Part shown: piece by piece, positions 30,594 to 41,488 of the stretch
Layout: every line of letters begins with the position of its first letter
Position numbering within the stretch: the stretch's first letter is position 1
Source: Candidatus Woesearchaeota archaeon
GTDB lineage: Archaea; Nanobdellota; Nanobdellia; Woesearchaeales; UBA11576
DNA: 64,000 nucleotides
Assembly (NCBI GenBank): GCA_018675335.1
Contig: JABGYH010000007.1
Span: 111,902-175,901, forward strand
Direction: 5' to 3'
Program-made: the position numbers and the translations under genes
Notes under the pieces: generated by a model
What the model saw: the letters and a program-made list of their open reading frames with translations, nothing else
What the model was told of the DNA's origin: nothing
Databases searched by the model: none

Positions 30594-31304
30594 TTATTTT
30601 AATCTTTTGATTATCTTTTGAAAAATACCCATTAATGCAAATGATTCTCTACGACTTAAAAAACTACGAGTGAAAATCTTTTTCCACAACTTTTTTTGAG
30701 TTTGAACTCGTTCAGGTCTTGTAAAATGTAACCTCCCCATAATTTGATTTAACATCAAATTTAATTGTTTGATTTCAATTTTAGAAATTGGCGCAATATT
30801 TGAGACTTGAGAACTGTTAGAATTAAGATTTTTATGAAACTCATATAACAAAATAGACACTGCATGTGAAATGTTTAATGTAGAATAACTAGGAGCAGCA
30901 GGAATTGATACTGTAAAATCACATTTTTGAATTTCCTCATTTATGAGTCCACTACTTTCCCTGCCAATAACCAAACCAATTTTTGTTTCTGATAAATTTA
31001 ATTTAGATAATCTTATTGAAAGTTGTTCAGGAGTTATGGGAGACCTAGGAATATTATATGAAGTTCCAATTTTGGCAGTTGTTGCAATCAAATAATCAAA
31101 ATTAGAAAGAACCCTATTTGTCCTAACCTTTGCTTTAACAATCACTTCTTGCGCATTTTTAGCACGATTTCTCGCAGTTTGCGACAAATGATCACACTTA
31201 GGATTAATCAATATAAGATTTGAAAAACCAAAATTTTTCATAACCCTTGCAATCGCACCCACATTACCTGCAGTTTCTGGTTCAATTAAAATAACTGAAA
31301 TCAT
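30594..31304 (-). CDS. SpoU/TrmH-family RNA 2'-O-methyltransferase (TrmJ-like)
   Basis: SPOUT motifs: ILIEPETAGNVGAIARVMKNFG, LVIGRESSGL, SIP...LNISHAVSILLYE. Confidence 0.75.
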   Translation of the reverse strand: MISVILIEPETAGNVGAIARVMKNFGFSNLILINPKCDHLSQTARNRAKNAQEVIVKAKVRTNRVLSNFDYLIATTAKIGTSYNIPRSPITPEQLSIRLSKLNLSETKIGLVIGRESSGLINEEIQKCDFTVSIPAAPSYSTLNISHAVSILLYEFHKNLNSNSSQVSNIAPISKIEIKQLNLMLNQIMGRLHFTRPERVQTQKKLWKKIFTRSFLSRRESFALMGIFQKIIKRLK

Positions 31305-31364
31305 AAACTAAGAGAAAAAGAATAAAATATTTAAAATGAACTTAAAAGACTTCAAAAAAAATAT

Positions 31365-31889
31365 TTACGCAGCATATGAATGATGCCCCTCCAGTGGAAG
31401 TTCACGTTGCGCTAATACATACCCTTTCACAGTTCGACTTCCAACTTCTTTTCCAGGAATCGTTTGCTTAAATGTAAGATCGACTCCTACAATTGAATGT
31501 TCGTCCATTAACAACTTAAGTGCTTCAGAATACTGCGGCGCATGAACTCTTCTACACTCACCGCCAATAACCATTCTTGATGCAACTCGATTTAATAACG
31601 TATCCTCAGCAATTCCTTGTTCAGATTCGTTTAATGCCGCAACAATATAAGTTTGTAACGTAGGAATTTGATTTCTTGCATATACTATATTACCCACACC
31701 GATTGGTTTTCCAGAATCAATAGGTCTTGCAATTAAAACCTCATCTTCAACCATTCTTGCTAAATGTGATTCAAGATCAACTCCTGCAACTATTTGTGAC
31801 AATGCTAAAAAAGAATCAGGTCTAGCTTCAAAAAAAGTAAGCAATGCATCATATAATCCCGAACTTCCTGATATTAATTTTTGATTCAT
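31365..31889 (-). CDS. Hypothetical protein (174 aa), GC-elevated
   Basis: Clean ORF. No family recognised. Confidence 0.4.
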   Translation of the reverse strand: MNQKLISGSSGLYDALLTFFEARPDSFLALSQIVAGVDLESHLARMVEDEVLIARPIDSGKPIGVGNIVYARNQIPTLQTYIVAALNESEQGIAEDTLLNRVASRMVIGGECRRVHAPQYSEALKLLMDEHSIVGVDLTFKQTIPGKEVGSRTVKGYVLAQRELPLEGHHSYAA

Positions 31890-32574
31890 TTAAACTACCC
31901 CCAAAAAATAATTTAATAATTATACTGATTCAAAATATACTCCCGTTTATAAGAATTTCTAGCTTGAAATATTCGCGAAAAATTAGTATAAAAAAGAAGT
32001 TATATAAATCGCCCAAAATAAATATTATTATCACTTTAACTAATTCTCCTCGATGATTCTTTGAATTGCATAGTGCACACTAATCGCATTTTTATTTTTT
32101 AAAAACAACTAATTAAATTTGAATATAATTTTTGAAATGTGAAAAAATATTTAGAAAAACTAATTACAAGGGATACTGCATTCTTTTTATACAATATCAA
32201 AAATAAACTAGAAATAAAGTTGAGTTTTATTTTTTTATTAAATTTAACACATAGCATGCACACAAATAATAAATCAATAACATATTTAAATACTTTTTGT
32301 TACTATAATAACATTAAGTTTTTATATTAGTTTGTAATTAATATGATAATGTCAAACAAAATTACCTCAATTCAAATTGGATTAATACTCACAATTGTAA
32401 ATTGCAATAAACTGAAGCGTAAGTAAATAGAAACACATAGGCAAACAATTATTTCTAATTTTATTTTTTATTAAAAAACTGGTTAAAACACACAATAAAC
32501 CACAATAAAAAATCTAAAAAATTGAGACTAAAATCTAAAAAAATATAGGAAAAAAATAATGCGAGGGCACACAT

Positions 32575-33918
32575 ATGAATGTTTACAAATTTGGAGGCAC
32601 CAGTCAAAAAGATCGTCAATCATTACAACAATGTATAAAAATTATCAGAGATGGGTCTGTGAACGATATAGTCATCGTCTCAGCACCCGCAGGAGTTACA
32701 GATTTATTAATTCAAGGATTTGATGAACAAACCAGCACAGGAGAATTTACTCGAGAAACGTTTGAAAAAATTCAATCTAGATTTTTTGAAGTTCATCCAG
32801 AACAAGAAAAACGAGCAATAATTGAATCTGGAATGAATGAATTAGAGCTTAGAATATCCCAGGGAATGCAAGATGGTTTTGGAACAGAACAATTAAAAGA
32901 TTTACACTATGCAAGAATTGCTTCATTTGGCGAATTTTTAGAACCCAGATTATTTTCAGAAAATTTAAAAATGGAAGGAATTAGAAGTCGCGTTGGAAGA
33001 ATTGAACAAACAATGAGAGTTCATGGGCCACCAAGAAATGCAAAATATGATCGATGTTCCGACCCAAGAATACTTGAAGAAGTTAGTGGATTTGATGGAG
33101 TCACAGTATTTAGTGGGTTTTATGGCTTTGATTCTGATGGAAACATATTAGTGTTTAGCCGAGGCGGATCAGATTTTACCCAAACACTAGTTTCAAGAGC
33201 AGTAAATGCGGACGCTTGCTTTAATTGTACAGATGTTAATGGAGTATTCCCCATAAATCCAAACCTACTTACTCCAAATGCTGCTGAAAAATTAAGAACC
33301 ATACCCGAATTACAATATGAACAAGCACAAGAATTATCAAAACAAGGTGCTAAAGTTTTACATCCTAAATGTATCGAACCATTAAAAGAAAAAGGAATTC
33401 CACTTTATGTAATAAACACATTTGATCCCCTTGGTCCAAACACAGTTATTGGTCCTGAAAGTCGAGCATACATCGGAGTTAATGCAGTCACAGGACGAAA
33501 ACAAGCATTCACCAAAATAAGTTTAACTACTGGATGCATGGATGGCGCAACAGGATACTTGCAAAATTTTGCAAATTCATTTGAAGGAGTAGATGTAGAA
33601 ACAATAAGTACATCTGCCATCGAATTAAGCGCAGGATTTTCAGATCCAACTGCAGATACGGATTTAATACTTGAAAGATTAGCACAATATGGAACTGCAA
33701 AAAAACAAAATGGACAATCCATGATTGCAATAGTTGGAAAAGGAATTGGCAGAAGTCCTGCAATAATTGGTAAGTTTTTTTCCACTTTAGGAGTTTTGGA
33801 CATTCCAGTTGATCAAATAACCAAATCAAATGATTATTGTCTTTGGGTTTCAATACCACAACACCATTATGAACGTGCAATGGTTGGAATCTACAATGCA
33901 ATGCTTACTCGACAATAA
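32575..33918 (+). CDS. lysC: Aspartate kinase
   Basis: KFGGTS N-terminus, SRGGSDFTQT...TDVNGVF...GAKVLHP amino-acid-kinase motifs, C-terminal ACT region. Confidence 0.8.
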   Translation: MNVYKFGGTSQKDRQSLQQCIKIIRDGSVNDIVIVSAPAGVTDLLIQGFDEQTSTGEFTRETFEKIQSRFFEVHPEQEKRAIIESGMNELELRISQGMQDGFGTEQLKDLHYARIASFGEFLEPRLFSENLKMEGIRSRVGRIEQTMRVHGPPRNAKYDRCSDPRILEEVSGFDGVTVFSGFYGFDSDGNILVFSRGGSDFTQTLVSRAVNADACFNCTDVNGVFPINPNLLTPNAAEKLRTIPELQYEQAQELSKQGAKVLHPKCIEPLKEKGIPLYVINTFDPLGPNTVIGPESRAYIGVNAVTGRKQAFTKISLTTGCMDGATGYLQNFANSFEGVDVETISTSAIELSAGFSDPTADTDLILERLAQYGTAKKQNGQSMIAIVGKGIGRSPAIIGKFFSTLGVLDIPVDQITKSNDYCLWVSIPQHHYERAMVGIYNAMLTRQ

Positions 33919-34026
33919 ATTAAGTCGCAGAAGAATCGGCAAACTATGCGCAAGAAAAAAAAGGAATGAATAGCCTGGAAAAAAAAAGAAAAGAAGAGAC
34001 TAAAAAAAAATGGAATGTGATTATAA

Positions 34027-35307
34027 ATGAATTCAGAAAAACTAATCGAAGCTGCTCAAAAATTTAAAACTCCACTTTATGTTTATGATGGAAATTTAAT
34101 TAAAACAAGATATAGAGAATTAAATCATTCATTGAATTGTGCAACTGATGTTAAAACTAAATTATTTTATGCAATGAAAGCAAATTATAATCCGTCAATA
34201 TTAAAATTATTGCTAAATGAAGGTGCAGGAATTGATGCAGTAAGTCCTGCAGAAGTAATGCTCGCTTTAGAAGTAGGATTTTTCCCAAACCAAATACTTT
34301 TCACAGCAAATAAAATAACTGATGAAGAAATGAGACTTGTCAAGTCAACAGGAGTTTTATTTAATATTGGCTCAATTTCTCGATTAAAAAAATATTGTAA
34401 AGAATTCCCAAAAAGCTCAGTATGCATTCGATTTAATCCCATGATTGTTGCAGGAGAAACTGAAAAAGTTAGAACTGGAGGAGAAAATAGCAAATTTGGA
34501 ATTTTTATTTCACAACTAGATCAAGTATTAGAAATTACCCGCTCAGCAGATGTAAAAATTGTTGGAGTTCACGAACACACAGGGTCAGGAATTCCCGAAA
34601 TGGTACAAATGAAAGCAGGCATGCAAAATCTACTTGACATAGTTACTCCAAAAAATTTTCCAGACCTAATATTCGTAGATTTTGGAGGAGGATTTAAAGT
34701 ACCATACACCCCCGGAGAAGAAAAAATTAATTATGATTTATTTGGAAAAGATGCAACACAAATTTTTCTTAATCGAACAAAGGATTTTTACACACAATTT
34801 AATCGACGCATTGAAATGTGGTTTGAACCAGGAAAATATCTTGTTGCAGAATCAGGAAATTTACTCGTTGAAGTTACTGCAATCAAACATAACCCCCATA
34901 AAACATTTGCAGGAACAAATTCAGGCTTCCCTCAGCTCATAAGACCTATGTTTTATCAAGCATACCACCACATAATAAACTTAACAGCAAACCAAGATAA
35001 TCAACGTAGAAATAACTGTGACGAAATCTCAAAACAAATACACCAATATGATATTGTTGGAAATATTTGCGAGAGTGGTGATTGTTTTGGCGTGAATCGT
35101 GAAATGGAAGAAATACATGAAGGAGACATACTATCAATTCAAACTGCCGGAGCTTATTGTTATTCAATGGGTAGCGTTTACAATTTAAGAGTAATGCCTG
35201 CCGAAGTCATGTTTTTAAATAATTCAATTACACTCATTCGTAAAAGACTAACTGAACAAGAGCTAGTCGCACAAATAATTGGAGAATGTAGTACAGATAC
35301 TGAATAA
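34027..35307 (+). CDS. lysA: Diaminopimelate decarboxylase (Orn/DAP/Arg decarboxylase family 2)
   Basis: PLYVYD, YAMKAN (PLP Lys), EPGKYLVAESG, CESGD motifs. Confidence 0.8.
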   Translation: MNSEKLIEAAQKFKTPLYVYDGNLIKTRYRELNHSLNCATDVKTKLFYAMKANYNPSILKLLLNEGAGIDAVSPAEVMLALEVGFFPNQILFTANKITDEEMRLVKSTGVLFNIGSISRLKKYCKEFPKSSVCIRFNPMIVAGETEKVRTGGENSKFGIFISQLDQVLEITRSADVKIVGVHEHTGSGIPEMVQMKAGMQNLLDIVTPKNFPDLIFVDFGGGFKVPYTPGEEKINYDLFGKDATQIFLNRTKDFYTQFNRRIEMWFEPGKYLVAESGNLLVEVTAIKHNPHKTFAGTNSGFPQLIRPMFYQAYHHIINLTANQDNQRRNNCDEISKQIHQYDIVGNICESGDCFGVNREMEEIHEGDILSIQTAGAYCYSMGSVYNLRVMPAEVMFLNNSITLIRKRLTEQELVAQIIGECSTDTE

Positions 35308-35340
35308 GAAATTAGAAAAAAATTAAAAAGAAAAAAAAAA

Positions 35341-36522
35341 TTAAACAGCAACATTTAACAACCATTGAATAAATGGCCAAATTAAATTAACTGCAAGTAA
35401 AATAAGAGTTATTAGCGCAACTCGTTTCCAAATCTTATTGCCTTTTGTTTTACCTTTTGCACGATGAGTTAATACTTGAAGCATTCTTCCACCATCAACA
35501 GGCCCTAAAGGAAGTAAGTTTGCCAAACCAATACCTAAACTTAAAATTGCCGTAACAACTAACAATTCAAGAATTGCTTTTACAATCCAACTTAAAATTT
35601 TGAAACTTAAGAGTTCACTTTTTAATTCAGTCTTCGGCGCAGATGATACCATAACACCTAAAAATGCACTTCTTTCATCATCAGGATTTGGACCCACTTC
35701 AAATGAAAACTTCTTATTATCTGCCTTAACTTGAACATCATCTCCCGGACGCAAATACTTGAGCTCACTTGAAAAATCTTCAAATGTTCTTACTTCAACC
35801 CCATTTACTTGAGTGATAACCATATCTTTTTGTATGCCTGCATCTGCAGCACTCATATTAGGAAACGTATCAACAACTTGAACTCCAAGAGGATTTACCA
35901 TTGCATCTGCTAAAGGATTAAATGCGAAAGATAACAAAGCCAAACATGCTATTGCCAACAATACATTAGAAAAAGGACCTGCTGCATAAACACTATATTG
36001 AGTAGTATCTGATGATGCACGTAATTGTTTTTCGTCAGGCTCAACAAATGCACCCATTAAAGGTCCTAAGAAAAAAATACCACTTGACTTAACTTTGATT
36101 TTATGAGTTCTTGCAATAACTCCGTGAGAAAATTCGTGAACGACAACTACCAAAAATAACGCAATCCATCCAGAAAATAATGGAATCGTAACAGGTGACC
36201 CTGGAACTGCCACCCCTGGTATTACTAAAGATACTGCGCTTGCAGCACTTGGCATCATCACAATGTCAACAAGATTTTTAACAAGAAGATAGAACATACC
36301 TATTACTCCTGCAAAACCTACACCAATACCAATAAAACCTAGTACTCGGAAATATTCTCTGTATTTAGAACTCCACGAGTCCATAAGTTTTAAGCCGATC
36401 TTAGTTTTATAAAGTGCAATTATCTTACTTTGAATAATAAAATGTTTTCTGTTTAGATAAACAAGCAAAACAATCGCAACATAGAAACTAAGAACAAACC
36501 ATCCAGAATCAACAAAACTCAT
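35341..36522 (-). CDS. Site-2 protease (M50 family) with a PDZ domain
   Basis: HEFSHGV HExxH in a TM helix, a PDZ-like segment, and multiple TM helices. Confidence 0.8.
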   Translation of the reverse strand: MSFVDSGWFVLSFYVAIVLLVYLNRKHFIIQSKIIALYKTKIGLKLMDSWSSKYREYFRVLGFIGIGVGFAGVIGMFYLLVKNLVDIVMMPSAASAVSLVIPGVAVPGSPVTIPLFSGWIALFLVVVVHEFSHGVIARTHKIKVKSSGIFFLGPLMGAFVEPDEKQLRASSDTTQYSVYAAGPFSNVLLAIACLALLSFAFNPLADAMVNPLGVQVVDTFPNMSAADAGIQKDMVITQVNGVEVRTFEDFSSELKYLRPGDDVQVKADNKKFSFEVGPNPDDERSAFLGVMVSSAPKTELKSELLSFKILSWIVKAILELLVVTAILSLGIGLANLLPLGPVDGGRMLQVLTHRAKGKTKGNKIWKRVALITLILLAVNLIWPFIQWLLNVAV

Positions 36523-36766
36523 TTTGGGTTACCTCTTTTTTAATTTAAAATGTTAACTCAAACAAATAAATATCATCCAAATTAAATTTAAAATGAATTT
36601 AATTCAAATATTTGAATTTGAAAAAAATAATACGCGAAAACGGATGTGTACAAATTAATGCGCAACAATGATTGCCCACATAATTTCAAAAAACTATTAA
36701 AAAATATTTAAAAAATTCAAAAATAAACAAAACATAAAAGTTTGATTTTACGTTCAGATTTTATGT

Positions 36767-36928
36767 TTATTTCTTACGCTTAGGTCTTAAGGCTTTACCC
36801 TTGCAATGTCTACAAGAAATTTTACCTTGAATAACTTTTAAACCTGGCGCTCTAATTTTATGTTTACAACGCTTACACACGAAAATGTTTTTAAAAAATC
36901 GTGCATTTGCTTCTTCAAATTTTGCCAT
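36767..36928 (-). CDS. rpl40e: 50S ribosomal protein L40e (53 aa). Not in the ORF track.
   Basis: Manual translation gives MAKFEEANARFFKNIFVCKRCKHKIRAPGLKVIQGKISCRHCKGKALRPKRKK: C4 zinc ribbon with an LRPK(R)KK tail. Confidence 0.55.
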   Translation of the reverse strand: MAKFEEANARFFKNIFVCKRCKHKIRAPGLKVIQGKISCRHCKGKALRPKRKK

Positions 36929-37030
36929 TTTTAACGTCCCTTCATATTAATTTTATAAATTTAAATAAAATTGAATTAAAAAAAGTGTTTTTTTAATTCT
37001 CAATTATAATTTTTAATTATTAAACAATTA

Positions 37031-37429
37031 TTATCCTTTAACTTGTTTCATAACCATCTGATCAAGTACAACCCAGAAAAGAACAGTACATCCTTCAACA
37101 ACGTCATCTTTTAGTTCATCAGGAATCAATAAATCAAATGTTTCAAAGGTTTCAGAGTCCATAATATTTGCCTTATCACCTGCGATAGATAGGACCTGCG
37201 CATTTCGTTTATCAATAATAGGTGCATCAACATGATCGTGTCCAGGCATTACAACAATTCTCTTTTTTCCATCTAAAAGACCCATTGCAGTGATTCTTGC
37301 TTTTGCGTGACCGTGTTTTCCAGGACGACTAACTGATACGTCTGTAACTTTACTTGCCACACCATCAACAATCATATAACTACCTCGTTGAATACTGGAT
37401 ACTTCAATCTTTTTTGTTTCACCTTTCAT
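37031..37429 (-). CDS. eif5a: Translation initiation factor 5A (aIF-5A)
   Basis: Hypusine loop SRPGKHGHAKA. OB-fold C-terminal domain. Confidence 0.85.
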   Translation of the reverse strand: MKGETKKIEVSSIQRGSYMIVDGVASKVTDVSVSRPGKHGHAKARITAMGLLDGKKRIVVMPGHDHVDAPIIDKRNAQVLSIAGDKANIMDSETFETFDLLIPDELKDDVVEGCTVLFWVVLDQMVMKQVKG

Positions 37430-37607
37430 ATAAACACCTTTAATCTACGTTTTAACTTGAAAAAATCTCCAAGTAATATATAAAAGTTACCTAATCATAA
37501 ATAATCTATTATAAATGAAAATTACAATAAATGGGCGATGAATAGGTAATTTAAATAAAAATTATATTTAAAAAATTCATCAATAAAAATATATTAAAAA
37601 TAAAAAT

Positions 37608-37826
37608 TTATTTAGCTGCTAATTTGATATCTCCAGCTTTAACAGTTTTACGCCCTGCATGAACTGCTAACTTAACTGCATTTTCAGCAATCTCTTCTGC
37701 AATATCTTCAATAACATTCTTTAACGCTTCTTTAGCTTTGTCAGAAACACGTTCTGCGCCACATTGCTTAAGAATTTTTTCCATAGCTGCTAAAGGCAAT
37801 AATCTTTTACTTTGACTAGCACTCAT
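37608..37826 (-). CDS. Archaeal histone (HMf-like)
   Basis: 72-aa histone fold: [11 protein letters not shown]...[10 protein letters not shown]...[12 protein letters not shown]. Confidence 0.8.
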   Translation of the reverse strand: MSASQSKRLLPLAAMEKILKQCGAERVSDKAKEALKNVIEDIAEEIAENAVKLAVHAGRKTVKAGDIKLAAK

Positions 37827-38482
37827 ATTTTACACCTTCAATAGTTAATCTTTTGAAGAAAACAAACTTCTTTTATAAAGGTTTTGATTTAAACCGCAAA
37901 AAAAGGCTTTAAGAAACTAAAAACGACTCAGAATTCCCCTAAACGATCAACTAAGGCAAATCATAAGCCAGTTAATACTAAAACAATTTATTTGATGAGT
38001 TTAAACCAATTTCAACTCTTACCTAAACACAGATGATTCATTCTGCATTTCGAAAATGCATTTAGTAGTTTGAAAAGTTATTTTTCCCGACCAAACAAAC
38101 CAATAGAACTAGTCTTAAAATAATTATCATTAATTTTATCCTAAATATTATCCATTTAGTTTAATTCTATAAAGAAAAATATATGGGAGGAATAAGCGAT
38201 GTAGTCTTAATTGAGAATTTTTAATGGGCTCGTACTACACCCGTAAGGATAAATGCAATTGACCCTCCATTTTGCATTGCCTTCTTATTCACCATATGTC
38301 TTTTGCGTTTAGTTTCGCAAAGATCAAAAACCTCTTTTGATTGTTTTTTGTTTTTGACCACACTACAATGTATAACACCTCGAGTATTTAAAATTTTAAT
38401 TTGAAAACTGCGCTTAAACAGATAAAAAATTAGAATTTATGCGGAAAATTTGTCGTATTTTTTTAGTAATTACGCTTTTAAC

Positions 38483-39208
38483 TCAACATTTAATTACCTT
38501 TAGCGGCGCTCTAGAGCCCAACAATTCAGTTATTTTCCCTTTTTCAATATCAGATACAGATTCTAAATGAAATGATGCAATTTCTTTACCATTCCAATTA
38601 GAAATTTTAAGAATTGCTGCTTTTTGATTTTTTAATTGAGAATTGGAATAATTCGTTAAGAATTCGCCAACTAAACTCATAAACTCTTCAGATTCAGATT
38701 TGATTAAAGTCATATTTCGATCATCACTCACAATTTCACAATTCCCAAAATAAAAAGAAATTTGGTTAGAATAAATTTCAGACTTTTTCTCAAACCCATT
38801 AAAACGTTTTAACTGATAAAAATTATGATTTAAAAAATTTTTAAAAGATTTAATTAAACTTGATTTTAAGTAAAATGTTACCCCCAACCAAAAACCACCA
38901 CAACATTTAGAAACTTCTCGCGGGCGTAAATATTTAATGTCTTTCAAATTAATTTTTAGAAACTCATTTTGTCCTTTAGATAAATAACTCGTCAATTTAC
39001 TCATAAGCTTTAAATTTTTAGAAGGGTTAACTAATTCAAATTTGATTTGAGGAGATTTTAGATTAAATTTTTTTTGGAATTCTAAAATGAAATGCACAAA
39101 ATCAATGCCTCCGAGTTCTATTAGTTTGTTATCTGAACCCACAAAAGAATACACAATAGTTGATTTAATTTCAAATTTATTTTTAAAAAAATTAATTTTA
39201 TTTAACAT
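38483..39208 (-). CDS. Hypothetical protein (241 aa)
   Basis: Tightly coupled downstream of the SprT-like gene (3-nt gap). No motif recognised. Confidence 0.4.
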   Translation of the reverse strand: MLNKINFFKNKFEIKSTIVYSFVGSDNKLIELGGIDFVHFILEFQKKFNLKSPQIKFELVNPSKNLKLMSKLTSYLSKGQNEFLKINLKDIKYLRPREVSKCCGGFWLGVTFYLKSSLIKSFKNFLNHNFYQLKRFNGFEKKSEIYSNQISFYFGNCEIVSDDRNMTLIKSESEEFMSLVGEFLTNYSNSQLKNQKAAILKISNWNGKEIASFHLESVSDIEKGKITELLGSRAPLKVIKC

Positions 39209-39211
39209 TTT

Positions 39212-39988
39212 TTAATTTAATGAATTTTTAATTGATTCGACTAGTCCCGACAAAAAACTTTGTTGAGGCTTTGGTGATTTTGGCTGTACTTTTCTTTTTT
39301 TTGCCTCAATTTTATTTTTTTCTTCTACAAAAAGATGTTTTTTATAACCAACCCCTTTAAGACGGCGTTCCATTTCTTCTTGATTTTCAAAAACTTTTTC
39401 TAAACGCTTAAACTTACGATCATGATAAAGTGTTTTAGATCCAGAACGCACAAATTTTCTTTGCTTATGCAAAACTTCATGATACATCACATAATCAAGC
39501 AAAACAGGATCTTCATTTAACAACATTTTACTAATCGATACTGTATCTGCCTTGTAATCATATGTCCCAAAAACTCTAGTCGCATTTGTCCAAACAAGAT
39601 TTGGTCGTTCTACTAACCCCAAAAAATAACGCTCATTAATCCGATTAAAAGATCGTTCCAGAATGGGATGCGATCTATGTTTTGGAATTGCAAGATGAAG
39701 ATTTTTAACAAAATTATGATACAAATCAATATTTAACGTCGTAAATTTACCTTTAATTTTCCACAACCTTAACATTAACTCTTGAATAAAACCCATTTGA
39801 ATTTCTTCAGAAATCGAAAACCATTTCCTATTAAGTTTAACAGTCAGTTTATTATGATCCAATAAAATGTGCCCACCATAATCTTTAATCCGACCAGAAT
39901 AAATCACGCTTGGTTTGTAATTAAACGCACGATCAGGATATAATTCAAGAAATGACTTTTCTATTAAGTAATCTTTTTTTGAAAACAT
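39212..39988 (-). CDS. SprT-like/WLM-type zinc metalloprotease domain protein
   Basis: ...NLVWTNATRVFGTYDYKADTVSISKMLL...VMYHEVLHKQ...HDRKFKRLEKVF (HExxH plus a distal His). Confidence 0.5.
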   Translation of the reverse strand: MFSKKDYLIEKSFLELYPDRAFNYKPSVIYSGRIKDYGGHILLDHNKLTVKLNRKWFSISEEIQMGFIQELMLRLWKIKGKFTTLNIDLYHNFVKNLHLAIPKHRSHPILERSFNRINERYFLGLVERPNLVWTNATRVFGTYDYKADTVSISKMLLNEDPVLLDYVMYHEVLHKQRKFVRSGSKTLYHDRKFKRLEKVFENQEEMERRLKGVGYKKHLFVEEKNKIEAKKRKVQPKSPKPQQSFLSGLVESIKNSLN

Positions 39989-40098
39989 TAAAGAATAAGA
40001 AAAAAGAATTGAGTTAAATAAGTTTTGAATTAATATAAAGGTCAGCTAAATTAAATAGAATCTAAATTGAGATGCGAATTAACAAGCCCAACAATAAA

Positions 40099-41196
40099 TT
40101 ACAATAAATCTAATGAAGTATCAAACTCAGTTAAAATTTCATCAGTAGTATCTTTATCAATAAATGCTGCTTTAACCCCATTCTTAACCAGTTTTTTTAG
40201 ATCTCCTTTTCTAAATCCAAGATGATTTACCAATAAATACATTTCTTTAGTAATATTGGTGTTGCTAACTAAACGATTATCAGTATTAATACAAACTCGT
40301 AACCCGCGCATCATCATTTGACGAATCGGGTGTGCTTGAATTGACGGTATTGTTTTTGTATGAACATTACTTGAGATACAAACTTCGAATGGAAGTCTAC
40401 TCGTATTTGCTTCCCTCACCAATAGAGTACTACCCAACACATGAGTTCCATGACCAATACGTTTTGCCCTTAAGTAAACTAATGATTCAGAAATACTTTT
40501 AGCACCATATGCTTCACCAGCATGAATTGTGACCGGAACATGATGCTTAAAAACAGGCATACAAACTTTTTCTAATTCTTTTGGCCTATGACCATATTCT
40601 GCTCCCGCAATATCAAATCCAACAACCCCCTGACCATAATAATTAATTGCAATTCTAACTGCTTCTTCAGTTGCAGATTTATCTGTTCTAATTCCACAAA
40701 CAATTAAACCAACATGAATTCGCTTTTTTAATTTTTCTTTACAATATTTTTTTCCTGCATCCAATCCTTCAAGAACTGCTTCAATAATTTGAGGAAGTTT
40801 AAGTTTTGGAGTAACATAGTTTGTCGGCGCAAATCGTACTTCAAGAAGACGCACATTTTCAGAAACACAATCAACAACAAGTTCGAATGCAACTCGTTTT
40901 AATGTACGCTCACTTTTCATCACACTTTCAGTTAAATGAAACGCTTTAAGATATTCTTCAAGATCCAGGGCATTTTCTTTTATTACCAATTTTTTAAGTG
41001 TTTCAATATTATAAGAAGGAAGTTTAATTTTTTGACGTTTAGCTTCATCAATCAAAGTTGTAATTCTCATGCTACCACCAAGATGAACATGAATGTCAGT
41101 TTTTGGAATTTTTTTAATCCAAGCAATAGTTGGAAATTCTAAGTCTGACTTTTTTTTATACTTATTTAATGGTTGGATGTATTTGAAGCTGTTCAT
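40099..41196 (-). CDS. Adenosine/adenine deaminase family amidohydrolase
   Basis: DIHVHLGGS, HAGE, CINTDN motifs. Confidence 0.75.
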   Translation of the reverse strand: MNSFKYIQPLNKYKKKSDLEFPTIAWIKKIPKTDIHVHLGGSMRITTLIDEAKRQKIKLPSYNIETLKKLVIKENALDLEEYLKAFHLTESVMKSERTLKRVAFELVVDCVSENVRLLEVRFAPTNYVTPKLKLPQIIEAVLEGLDAGKKYCKEKLKKRIHVGLIVCGIRTDKSATEEAVRIAINYYGQGVVGFDIAGAEYGHRPKELEKVCMPVFKHHVPVTIHAGEAYGAKSISESLVYLRAKRIGHGTHVLGSTLLVREANTSRLPFEVCISSNVHTKTIPSIQAHPIRQMMMRGLRVCINTDNRLVSNTNITKEMYLLVNHLGFRKGDLKKLVKNGVKAAFIDKDTTDEILTEFDTSLDLL

Positions 41197-41488
41197 AACA
41201 ACAGTTTTTGGCGTTGTCTTTTATAAGTCTTTCGGTTTTTGATTACTGTTGAGTGGTTAAAGTGAGACGATCTTGTTTTGTAGTTGCATCATTTGAATGA
41301 GTCCACACATATTTACGAAGAGTTGATTAACTTTTTTCTAAACATTCGAAACAATCAAACATCCAAACTAATTAAACATCTAAACCACTTAAACATTCAA
41401 AACAATTAAACTCCTAAACAGATCAGACATACAAAATATATTCAATACATAAGATAAATTTATAAGGAAATATTGTGAATGAAATAAT

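Noticed and set aside
31844-32330. Two small ORFs (70 and 63 aa) in the 685-bp AT-rich gap before the aspartokinase gene
   Set aside because: Composition-driven ORFs (I/L/K/N-rich) in 20% GC DNA. No motif, no RBS-like context. More likely a promoter/leader region.
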